The position numbers were made by a program, and so were the translations under genes. Positions 10,190-20,512 of a stretch of 33,351 nt of DNA are shown here, in pieces; within the stretch, counting starts at the first letter, position 1, and every line of letters starts with the position of its first letter. The notes under the pieces are model-generated. The model had not been told where the DNA came from and did no database searches. It was given only the letters and a program-made list of their open reading frames with translations. Source of the DNA: Octopus sinensis (Eukaryota); assembly GCF_006345805.1 (NCBI RefSeq), contig NW_021832019.1, positions 1 through 33,351 on the forward strand. The letters run 5' to 3'.

Positions 10190-10480
10190 AAATTTATAAA
10201 TGATGGTGAAAAATTGATATTAATTTAATAATACCATTAATTTAACACTCTAATAATTTATGTATACATATATATGTATATACAAAATTTAAAGGACTGA
10301 CCACTAAAGTGGACGGTCAACATGCTAGATATAGACGTTTATATATAGCATGTTGACCGTCCACTTTTAGTGGTCAGTCCTTTAAATTTTGCATGTAAAA
10401 ATATTTTAATCTTTTTTTAATATGCTCGGCCACTGGTTTTAATTGATTAATATCAATTTCTACCCTTATTAAATTTTTAA
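10190..10480. repeat. Foldback element with a near-perfect 109-bp central palindrome
   Basis: 10283-10327 is the reverse complement of 10346-10391 (one 1-nt indel). The spacer is itself palindromic with 2 mismatches. Outer arms (aaattgatattaat / attaatatcaattt) are also inverted. Flanked by (TA)n. Confidence 0.85.
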
Positions 10481-10498
10481 TATATATATATATATATA

Positions 10499-10680
10499 GT
10501 TAATCCAAACATGAAAACCCAAAGAGAAAACACAACAACGCGAGGACGTGGAACAAATATAGAGTTATTGGACGCTCAGGAAGGAAGGAAAGAAGGAGGG
10601 TTTAACGTTTCGAGCGGAGCTCTTCGTCAGAAACATAGGGAAAGGAAAGATCCAGAGAAGGGAAGACGGAGGAAAAAAAG
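10499..10680 (-). mobile_element. About 200-bp (TA)n-associated hammerhead-bearing element, copy 1 (5' truncated)
   Basis: Homologous to 31341-31551 and 32073-32280 (gttaatccaaac..cacaacaacgcgaggacgtggaacaaa..ttattggacgctca..gtttaacgtttcgagcggagctcttcgtc). Confidence 0.85.
10600..10634 (-). ncRNA. Minimal 35-nt type I hammerhead motif
   Basis: Minus: GUUU-CUGACGA-A-GAGC(UCC)GCUC-GAA-ACGU-U-AAAC. Stem I 4 bp, stem II 4 bp, palindromic ACGU stem III. Confidence 0.65.
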
Positions 10681-10768
10681 TCAATTTTGTAACTATTCCG
10701 TGACAAAGAAATAGTTTTGACTTACATTTTTAGCAATACTAATGCTCATATATATATATATATATAAT

Positions 10769-11090
10769 GAGGGCGCGTGGCTTAGTGGTTTGGGCACTCG
10801 GCTCATGATCGTAAGGTTGTGAGTTCGATTCCCGGCGACGCGTTGTGTCCTTGAGCAAGACACTTTATTTCACGTTGCTCCAGTCCACTCAGCTGGCAAA
10901 AATGAGTTGTACTTGTATTTCAAAGGGTCAGCCTTGTCACTCTCTGTGTCACGCTGATTATCCCCGAGAACTACGTTAAGGGTACACGTGTCTGTGGAAT
11001 GCTCAGCCATCTGCACGTTAATTTCACGAGCAAGCTGTTCCGTTGATCGTATCAGCTGGGACCCTCGTCGTCGTAACCGGCGGAGTCTTT
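10769..11090 (+). mobile_element. SINE family D, full-length, tRNA(Met)-like head
   Basis: gtggcttagtgg A box, ggctcatgatcgtaaggttgtgagttcgattccc (CAT anticodon-like loop plus B box), CORE-like gtgtccttgagcaagacactt. Near-identical reverse copy at 28192-28520; inserted in (TA)n. Confidence 0.9.
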
Positions 11091-11198
11091 ATATATATAT
11101 ATATAAAGATAGATTAATATGAAGCTTGATGCATGCTACATACAAGCACACACACATATATATAGGTTTACAGATTCGCATATGAACATATGTATACG

Positions 11199-11235
<37 letters not shown>

Positions 11236-11648
11236 ATATACTGTATAGATATGCATAAATCTATTTATATGTATATATATATGAATATGCGTATCTTTGC
11301 CTATGTCTAGACAGCCATGCGTTGTGCTGCTGACATTTAAATGGCTTAATTTTTAATGGGATCTCATGCTTTACAGTTCTCCATAGGAAGCTTTAAACTT
11401 TAAGTAATGGCAACATAAAGCATTCATATTTCATAAATACATGCATAGATAAATATCAACTCATTACCTACTACCTACCTACATATATATATATATAATT
11501 ATATATATATATATATATTATATATATATATATTATATATATATATAGATGTATGTATGTATGTATGTATGTATGTATGTATGTATGTATTTATGTATGT
11601 ATACACACCCCACACAACAACTTACATACATATACATGCATATAAATA

Positions 11649-11689
<41 letters not shown>

Positions 11690-11691
<2 letters not shown>

Positions 11692-12080
11692 TCTATTACT
11701 CTATTCTATTACTTGTTTCAGTCATTTGACTGTGGCCATGCTGGAGCACCGCCTTTAGTCGAGCGAACAGACCCCAGGACTTATTCTTTGGAAGCCTGGT
11801 ACTTATTCTATCGGTCTCTTTTGCCGAACCGCTAAGTTACGGGGACGTAAACACACCAGCATCGGTTGTCAAGCGATGTTGGGAGGACAAACATAGACAC
11901 ACAAACACACACATACATATATACATATACATATATACGACGGGCTTCTTTCAGTTTCCGTCTACCAAATCCACTCACAAGGACCGAGGCTATAGTAGAA
12001 GACACTTGCCCAAGGTGTCACGCAGTGGGACTGAACCCGGAACCATGTGGTTGGTAAGCAAACTACTTACCACACAGCCA
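11690..12080 (-). mobile_element. SINE family B, near full-length
   Basis: Reverse complement of 9133-9566 with a small internal deletion. Confidence 0.9.
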
Positions 12081-12124
12081 ATAGATATATAGTCAAAATA
12101 AGCCACAAAAATATCCAAGGTAGT

Positions 12125-12185
12125 GTAGTACGATCGTTTCATGCTACTTCATTTTATTAAACGCTGTAAGTATTACATCAGTTTT
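12125..12185 (-). ncRNA. Degenerate hammerhead-like motif, CUGAUGUA class
   Basis: Minus: CUGAUGUA...GAA-ACGAUCGU-A. Core and palindrome are intact but stem I cannot pair (AAAA vs CUAC). Confidence 0.35.
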
Positions 12186-12216
12186 AAAATGTCGAGCATG
12201 AGAGCATTATAATTTT

Positions 12217-12933
12217 TTAATTAAACGGACAATGCACACTTTTATACTTTAAATTCCTCAGACTCTGGGAGAATATTAAAAAGCTGTGGGCCCTTGAAAC
12301 CCAAGCTCTTGCAGTAACTGGTCCTGAATCGTGATGGCATTGCTGGGATTTTGGCACTATGCAGTGTCGTCCCGTTCTGGTATTGGTGTAGCTTTCAATG
12401 CCAAAATTTGGCACAATTCCTTCCAGGATCTTCCAGATATATATTACTGCATCTCTCTCCCATCTTCTCTCCAGGGTGTAGAGTCTTAGCTGCTTCAACC
12501 TTTAACAGTAGCTGAGCTGTTGCAAAGAGACGATATTCTTTGTGAATCTTCTCTGGATTTCTTCAAGGTCCGCTGTTAATTTCATACTGGTGGGTGACCA
12601 TAGATGTGAGCAGTAATCCAGGCGGCTGAGGACGAATGTCCGCCAGAGGACCATCATGGTTTCCTTATCTCTGGTTCTGAATGTTCTTAGGATCCAGCCA
12701 GCCAGTCGTCTGCACTTTGTCGCCATCCTGGTAATATGCACTTGGAAATAGGTATCATCACTCATGTCGATACCCAGGTCCCTCACAGACTTAGGCTCTG
12801 GGATTGAAATTACTTGTGGACGAGTGAACCCTGTAAGTTTCATATCCAATTTTGGATGCTGGTAGGGCAGGGCCCGGAATTTTTCAGCATTAAACTACAT
12901 ATAATCCTCAGCCCATCTGTAAATTGAGTCCAA
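12217..12933 (-). pseudogene. CR1/L2-clade non-LTR retrotransposon ORF2, C-terminal remnant (end of RT domain plus downstream region)
   Basis: One reading frame gives LDSIYRWAEDYM*FNAEKF...VRDLGIDMSDD..F..HI..MATKCRRLAGWILRTFRTRD..M..LWRTFVLSRLDYCSHLWSP...LEEIQRRFTK...LSYC*RLKQLRLYTLERR..RDAVIYIWKILEG. These are characteristic CR1/L2 ORF2 motifs. Two in-frame stops and a late frameshift. Confidence 0.9.
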
Positions 12934-12954
12934 CATACATATATATACATACAT

Positions 12955-13000
<46 letters not shown>

Positions 13001-13049
13001 ATTTATATCTGTGTGTATGTGTGTGTGTGTGTGCGTGCGTATGATAAGC

Positions 13050-13119
13050 GTCTTTCAGTTCCCGTTATTAAAATTTACTAACATGGCTCTGGTCGGCCCG
13101 AGGTCATAGTAGAAGACAC
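13050..13119 (-). mobile_element. SINE family B, short degraded fragment
   Basis: tctttcagttccc...ggtcggcccgaggtcatagtagaagacac matches family B. Confidence 0.65.
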
Positions 13120-13164
13120 CACACAGACATATATATGTGTGTGTATCTGTATCTATGTGTATAC

Positions 13165-13210
<46 letters not shown>

Positions 13211-13993
13211 TAATAACAATAATTATATATATGTATATATATACAGAGAGAGAGAGAGAAAGAGAGAGAGCGAGAGAGAGACAGAGACAAAAGCGGGAGA
13301 CAAAATAGAAACAGAGATAATTATTTACTACACATGCTCACACACACGCTCACACAGACACACATAAACACACACACACTCACATATGTATAAATATATA
13401 TGGATATAGAGAGACACGCGGACAGAGGGGCGGGCAGACAAAAAGATAGATAAACAGAGATATAGACACATATATATACAAGTAATTCAATCGGTATGTT
13501 TGTGAATGTGTACGCATATGAATAAATGCAAGTGTGTGTATGAAACTATATGCTTTGAGAGAATATATCTATATCAAAAGATGTATATGTGTACAGATAC
13601 GTTTGTGGGTGTCGCTTGCTAGAATTATGTTTAACATACGTTAAAGTCTGTAATTATTTCACATTCACTTGTCAATTCTCTCTAAATTTCAAAAGATTAA
13701 ACCTGTCAAATTAAACGAATTTTTGGCATATCTAAACGTCAAGTGTCCATATGTGTGCGTACATTCCTACATGTATACATCCATCCATCCATCATTCCAT
13801 ACATACATATATACATACATACATGCATACATACATATATACATACATACGTACATACATACATACATACATACATGCATGCATGCATGCATGCATACAT
13901 ACATACTCACACAAACACACACCTATATATGAATACTAGTGTAATATGTAAGTAATATATAAATATATATATACATACACACACACATAACAC

Positions 13994-14048
<55 letters not shown>

Positions 14049-14271
14049 ATATTTGTTGTTCGGAACAGTTCTTGGGTGAATTTTGCCCTTCTTTTAAGCA
14101 AAATCTTTAGATTTTTGGTGACAATAGCGAGGTAACAGCTTCTCTCTTCCTGCACCAAAATGCAACATAAATTTTCGATTATATTGGGCTCCAATGATTG
14201 TTGGTGTGGAGATGGGTCCATTAGATTGTTTCTCTCTCAATTTTATGTTCGTTGCATCCGTTTTTAATACC

Positions 14272-14500
14272 TATTTCTTTACTACCCACAAGGGGGCTAA
14301 ACACAGAGAGGACAAACAAGGACAGACAAACGGATTAAGTCGATTATATCGACCCCAGTGCGTAACTGATACTTAATTCATCGACCCCGAAAGGATGAAA
14401 GGCATAGTCGACCTCAGCGGAATTTGAACTCAGAAAGTAGCGGCAGACAAAATGCGGCTACGCATTTCGCCCGGCGTGCTAACGTTTCTGCCAGCTCGTC
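14272..14500 (-). mobile_element. SINE family A, full-length, tail type 1, inside the Tc1 remnant
   Basis: Complete element; 17-bp TSD catccgtt(t/g)ttaatacc at 14255-14271 and 14519-14535. Confidence 0.9.
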
Positions 14501-14814
14501 AGCAATGGTATTAATAACCATCCGTTGTTAATACCATTGGGCGTGTGAATCAGTGTATTATCGTCCAGGAAAATTGCACTACTTTCGGGAAACAATATTT
14601 GTACCATAGCTTGGACATGCTTAACTAAAATACTCAGTTATTCATTGGGGGCAATTCTGCAATGTAGAACAATAAAGGACGAAGAGATACCTCTGATATG
14701 ATCATCCAAGTTCACCACAGAGACTCGCATAATTCAAGGTAGGGGAAAACACATAGGGTTGTATCATTCTTTGGGCTGTTACCACATAAATTCACCACTA
14801 AGTAGTTAAATAGT

Positions 14815-14976
14815 AGGCGCAGGAGTGGCTGTATGGTAAGTAGCTTGCTTACAAACCACATCGTTCCGGGTTCAGTCCCACTGCTGTCACTTTGGGCAGA
14901 GTCTTCTATATAGCCTCGGGCCGACCAAACCTTGTGAGTGGATTTGGTAGACGTAAACTGAAAGAAGCCCGTCGTA

Positions 14977-15018
<42 letters not shown>

Positions 15019-15254
15019 TGTGTATGTGTGGGTGTGTGTGTGCGTGTATGTTTGTGTGTCCGTGTTTGTCCCCTAGCATTGCTTGACAACCGATGCTGGT
15101 GTGTTTTATGTCCCGTCACTTAGCGGTTCGGCAAAAGGCCGATAGAATAAGTACTGGGCTGACAAGAATAAGTCCTGGTCGAGTGCTCGATTAAGCGGTG
15201 CTCCACATGGCCGCAGTCAAGACTGAAACAAGTAAAAGAGAGTAAAAAAGAGAG
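14815..15254 (+). mobile_element. SINE family B, full-length, inside the Tc1 remnant
   Basis: Colinear with 9133-9566; taaatag on both sides is a candidate 7-bp TSD. Confidence 0.9.
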
Positions 15255-15525
15255 TAAATAGCCTACTAAAGATTCCCCCGAGCAGTGGTTGATCAGTGGT
15301 TGGTCACTGGTTCCCAACCATTTTAAATCGGTGCAGATACCAAAACTGGATTTTTAGGGGCCCTCAGCCAAAAAAAAAAAATCTGAAACAGCACTCACTT
15401 GAAGAGAATATGATTATATTTATAGAGAGTATCACTAGAAGGATGCTTGAACACCGCCAGAAGGACACACGAGGGCTGTCAGAAGTGTGTTTCGAAGGCT
15501 GCCAGAAAGATGATTGCGGCCACTG

Positions 15526-15670
15526 GTTCTGAGTTCAAATTCCGCCGAGGTCGACTTTGACTTTCATCCTTTTGGTGTCGATAAAATAGCTACCAGTTGA
15601 GCACTGGGATCGCGTTAATCGACTTGGTCCCTCTCTCAAAATTGCTCGTCTCGTGCCAAAGTTTGAAATC
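15526..15670 (+). mobile_element. SINE family A, 5'-truncated, tail type 3
   Basis: gttctgagttcaaattccgccgaggtcgactttgactttcatcc..gtgccaaagtttgaaatc, followed by (ATT)n. Confidence 0.85.
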
Positions 15671-15695
15671 CTCCTCCTCCTCATTATTATTATTA

Positions 15696-15738
<43 letters not shown>

Positions 15739-15742
15739 CATT

Positions 15743-15794
<52 letters not shown>

Positions 15795-15797
<3 letters not shown>

Positions 15798-15993
15798 GTT
15801 TGACTTTTGCTTTACATTTGCACAAGCTGGCTCCAAGTCTCACCCAGAGACCTCAAGAGACAACAAGTTGGAAGTTCATGTTGGTGTTACGCCTAGGGTA
15901 CCATATATTTGGTTTTGTACTTAGTATTGTACTAGTGAATGCCTAAAAAAACCATACGAAAATTATGTTTGTTTTAAAACTTGAGATTACAAA

Positions 15994-15997
<4 letters not shown>
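15795..15997 (-). mobile_element. Possible 3' end of a retroelement embedded in (ATT)n
   Basis: About 200 bp of complex sequence with (ATT)n on both sides, running into (TAA)n on minus. Resembles a dispersed octopus repeat from recollection only. Confidence 0.35.
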
Positions 15998-16033
<36 letters not shown>

Positions 16034-16125
16034 AGATAAAGTATCAGATGAGCAGTGGGATCGGGGTACTCGACAAGACCCTATTCCACACAAAATTTCA
16101 AGCCTTTTGTCTCTAGAAGAAAGGA
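16034..16125 (+). mobile_element. SINE family A, degraded 3' fragment, tail type 2
   Basis: gataaagtatcag.tgagcagtgggatcg..aaaatttcaagccttttgtctctagaagaaagga parallels the type-2 tail. Confidence 0.55.
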
Positions 16126-16213
16126 ATGCCAGAGAAGAATCCTTTTATCTTCCAGCGCTCTGACAGACAGCATGAGTACGTTATAATTTGCTTGGTATGA
16201 TATTTCGTTTTCT

Positions 16214-16430
16214 GATTAGCTCATTGCAGGCTATTTCGCAGCAAAAGTTTGCCTTGATAAACTGTACACACTGAATGAACTGGAACCCATCCATCCTTCA
16301 GGAAATTACATCAGCGCCTCAAACGGAAGGCATTATGCGTCGCACAATGGAGAACTTCCAGGTAAGGCCACAAGTATGCGTGTGAAGCTTGTAGACAACT
16401 ATGCATTTCACCATCATCCACACTGAATGA
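16214..16430 (+). pseudogene. IS630-Tc1-mariner transposase C-terminal remnant (DFFLWGYLK-type)
   Basis: D*LIAGYFAAKVCLDKLYTLNELEPI / QEITSAPQTEGIMRRTMENFQVRPQVCV parallels DFFLWGYLKSKVY..KP.TL.ELK..I..EI..I...ML.RVMENF..RL..C. Stops and frameshifts present. Confidence 0.6.
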
Positions 16431-16679
16431 ACAGTGGCTTACGTGTTTATAAATATCCTACATTGTTCTTTATTTTTATTCCCTAAAGGCGGTTCATATT
16501 CTATATTTGGCACATATTATATTAACTTATATTAAAAACAGAAACATCAGCTAAAACTGCACATTGGTATGTGTACTGTGCGTGTGTATGTGTGTCTCTG
16601 TGTGTGTGCATGTATGCTCGTGTTGATGAGTATTTGTAGTCGTAACTAGTTGACCGTTTTGTATGTATAGAGCATGTAG

Positions 16680-16719
16680 TCCAGCATGGCCGCAGTCAAA
16701 TGACTGAAACAAGTGAAAG
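16680..16719 (+). mobile_element. SINE family B, isolated 3' tail
   Basis: tccagcatggccgcagtcaaatgactgaaacaagtgaaag matches the family B tail. Confidence 0.8.
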
Positions 16720-16753
16720 AATATATATATATGTATATATATATATGTATATT

Positions 16754-16791
<38 letters not shown>

Positions 16792-16952
16792 ATATATATA
16801 TTATATATGGTGTGTGTGTGTGTATGTATGTGTGTGTCTACATATATGTGTACCATTTATATACATATGTATATGTTATATATATAATATATATGTGTAT
16901 ATATACACACTATATATATATACATATATATATATACATATATATATATATA

Positions 16953-16985
<33 letters not shown>

Positions 16986-17108
16986 TATTACCATTATTTT
17001 ATCATCGTTATTATTATTATTATTATTATTATTATCATCATTATTATTACTATCATTATTACTATTTGTACTACTTCTAGTACGACTACTGCCGTTGCTG
17101 CTGATGCA

Positions 17109-17530
17109 ACCTGGGATTTTTACTAAGGGTCTGGATTTACCTGGGATTTTTACCAAAGGTCTGTACCTTCATGGACGTACCGACCAACATCCATATCCTC
17201 TAGAAAAAATGACTTCTGAGTATTATTCTCCCGTCTGTATTATTCTTCTATCTACCTTTACTCTTTATTCATCTATTTGCTCTTTAATACTTCTATTTTA
17301 TTCTTTATTAACTGTGAATCTATTTTATTCCTTGTAAACTGTAAATTTTCCCTATCTAGAACTTTCATAACTTGTATCTGATGACGAACTACCCAGTGCA
17401 TGGCCATGCAAGCCAACCACTTAGGCTATTCCAGAAACGGCCGTAATACTTCAAATTCACCTTCATTGAATAAAATTATTTTAAATTACTTGAGCTACTC
17501 GTTCTGCCTTGGTTTTTGCTTTTTCCTCAA
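17109..17530 (+). mobile_element. Probable Penelope-like pLTR remnant with a hammerhead motif
   Basis: 30-bp tandem duplication at 17109-17168, a TC-rich stretch, the hammerhead at 17374-17449, then a T-rich tail ending in (TATAA)n. Confidence 0.5.
17374..17449 (+). ncRNA. Type I hammerhead motif with canonical core and long branched stem II
   Basis: GUAU-CUGAUGA-[49 nt]-GAA-ACGGCCGU-A-AUAC. Stem I 4 bp, 8-nt palindromic stem III, GUA cleavage triplet. Confidence 0.65.
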
Positions 17531-17687
17531 ATATAATATGATATAATGTAATGTAATATAATATATAATATAATATAATATATAATATAATATAATATAA
17601 TATGATATATAATAATAATAATATAGTATCATATAATATAATATCATATAATTATACCATATAATATAATATTTATTATATATATGT

Positions 17688-17721
<34 letters not shown>

Positions 17722-17903
17722 GTGTGTGTGTATATGTAATATATATATATATATATATAAATATATATATATATGTATATATATTATGTGTGTGTTGTGT
17801 GTGTATATAATATATATATATACTACATATATATATATGCATATATTATTTTCTATATGTCCATCTATGTATGGTCTCTCCTCTCTCTCTCTCTCTCTCT
17901 CTC

Positions 17904-17935
<32 letters not shown>

Positions 17936-18226
17936 ACATACCCATGCATATTCATTGACACTAGCATGCAAGTCAACGCACTTAAGGAAGAATGCGTGAT
18001 TGTACATTTGCATGCACATATGCATGTGTGGATGTGGTTATGAGTGCACTGACTTATGTGAGCGTGGGAGGTGTCTGTGTTTATGCGTCTGTGTGTATGT
18101 GTATGTTTGTAAGTGTATTTGTGTATGCGTGCGTGAAAAGAGCGTGTTTCTGCATTCACTCTAGTGCGAATTTTTTCATGATGAAAATAAACAAAATTCA
18201 AAGACAGCAATAGCGATGAATGCACC

Positions 18227-18281
18227 TGATGATGATGATGATGATGATGATGATGAGGATGATGATGAGGATGATGATGAG

Positions 18282-18314
<33 letters not shown>

Positions 18315-18316
18315 GG

Positions 18317-18349
<33 letters not shown>

Positions 18350-18374
18350 GGATGATGATGAGGATGATGATGAG

Positions 18375-18407
<33 letters not shown>

Positions 18408-18505
18408 GGTGGTGGTGATGATGATGATGATGATGATGATGAGGATGATGATGAGGATGATGGTGGTGGTGGTGGTGGTGGTGATGATGATGGTGGTGAT
18501 GATGA

Positions 18506-18539
<34 letters not shown>

Positions 18540-18577
18540 GGTGGTGGTGATGATGATGATGATGATGATGATGAGGA

Positions 18578-18611
<34 letters not shown>

Positions 18612-18665
18612 GATGATGATGATGATGAGGATGATGATGAGGATGATGATGAGGATGATGATAAC
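18227..18665. repeat. Higher-order (GAT)n/GAG/(GGT)n trinucleotide array
   Basis: Blocks of (GAT)3-GAG and (GGT)4-8 recur several times. Confidence 0.95.
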
Positions 18666-18869
18666 GGTGGTTATGACAATGATAATGGTTCCTGTTGATG
18701 CTGCTGCCGATTAGTGTGGTGGTATTTGTTCTTGATATGATGGTACGGGTGTGGTGTTGTTGGTGGTCCACATGATGATGGTGGCGATGGTAGTTTAAAG
18801 AAAACCCGCCTTTGAAGCTATATTTTATGATGGCGTTGCTTGCAGTGATGCTGATGCATAATAATAATA

Positions 18870-19078
18870 AGGATGATAATAATGATGGTAATATTAGTAA
18901 GAATAATAACAATAATACTAATGCTAATAATGACAAAAATAATGATAGTAAAAATAGTAGTAGTAGCAATGGTAGTAGCAGCATCAGAAGCAACGTAGTA
19001 GTCGTACTAGAAATAATACAAATAGTAATAATAGTAATAATAGTAATAATTGTAATAGTAATGATAATAATATTGATG

Positions 19079-19112
<34 letters not shown>

Positions 19113-19420
19113 TAATAATAATAATGATAATAATAATAATGATAATAATAATAATAATAATGATAATAATAATAATAATAATAATATTAATATTAATAAT
19201 AATAATAATAATAACGATGATGATAATGATAATAATAGTAATAATAATAATGATGATGATGATGATGATGATGATGATAATGATGATGATGATGATGATG
19301 ATGATGACGATGATGATGATAATAATGATGATAATAATAATAATAATAATAATAACAACAACAACAACAACAACAACAACAATTACAATAATAATAATGA
19401 TATTAATAATAATAACATCA
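18870..19420. repeat. (AAT)n/(GAT)n/(AGT)n/(AAC)n trinucleotide mosaic
   Basis: Directly visible; source of the 597-aa poly-Ile/poly-His ORF. Confidence 0.95.
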
Positions 19421-19854
19421 GAAAAACTATGACGCACACTCAGATCCAGCTACCATCACCACTACCGCCGTCATCATCACCATCATCGCCATCACCACCA
19501 GCAGCAGCAACCACCACCAGCAGCACCACCACCAGCATCACCTCCTTCGTAAATTCACGTATAGATAATTTAGAGCAGAACGACCTCCCTCAGAGGGTCA
19601 TGATGAAATTTTCCCGATTACATAAGAAAACTATTTGAGTGCGGCGGCGCACGAGAGAAACGGCGGAGAGTGAAAGAGAATGAGCATGATTGCAGGAGGG
19701 GAAATGGTGGGAGTTGAACTGAGGAGAATGTCAGACAGACATATTGTCAGGAACACAAACTGACATTATAAGACAGCTGGAGACCGACCACCACCTTACC
19801 ACCACCAACCCACCAACCCCTCCTTCACCTACACCCAGACACTCACAGGTGTAC

Positions 19855-20093
19855 GCTATATATATATGTATATATAATATATATATAATATATATAATAT
19901 GTGTATATATAAGTATATATAATACCATATATAGTACATGTAAATATATCTATATATATATATATATATTATATAATATAATATAATGAACATGTAATAT
20001 ATGTACATGTATATGTATATTATATATAACATACATATGTATTTTTATACATATATACGTAACATATGTGTCTACAAATATGTATATATATGA

Positions 20094-20138
<45 letters not shown>

Positions 20139-20279
20139 TATGTATATATATATATATATATAATATTGCATGTATATATAGTATTTATATATATATACGC
20201 AGCATATATATACATATATATATATATATAATATATATAGATATATACATAACACACATACACACACATACAACATATC

Positions 20280-20313
<34 letters not shown>

Positions 20314-20346
20314 CATAGACACACATACACACACATACAACATACT

Positions 20347-20381
<35 letters not shown>

Positions 20382-20512
20382 TATACATAGACACACATAC
20401 ACACACATACAACTACTCATTATATAATATATATATATATATATGATATGTGCGTGTATATATATATATATATATATGTGTGTTGTGTGTGTGTGTGTAT
20501 GTATATGCATAT
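19855..20512. repeat. (TA)n/(CA)n mosaic with a short CA-rich unit repeated three times
   Basis: acacacatacacacacatacaac recurs near 20250, 20320 and 20391. Confidence 0.85.

Larger units (their letters stand above)
14052..15290 (-). pseudogene. Decayed Tc1-like (DD..E) transposase, interrupted by two SINEs
   Basis: After removing the SINEs, the minus strand reads CSGESLVGYLTT / GEFMW*QPKE*YNPMC / LHCRIAPNE*LSILVKHVQAMVQILFPESSAIFLDDNTLIHT / HQQSLEPNIIENLCCILVQEERSCY. These parallel the Tc1 motifs FSDES, VWRQPKEAYNP, FQDDNAPIHT and SPDLNIIE.LW in the correct order. Confidence 0.8.

Noticed and set aside
15278-15525. hAT-like end cactggttcccaacc
   Set aside because: Part of an 11-bp triple tandem (cagtggttg); no convincing partner TIR or 8-bp TSD.
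17644-19437. 597-aa minus-strand ORF (poly-Ile, poly-His)
   Set aside because: Translation of (ATT)n/(CAT)n/(CAC)n/(TA)n repeats; no domain and no codon diversity.
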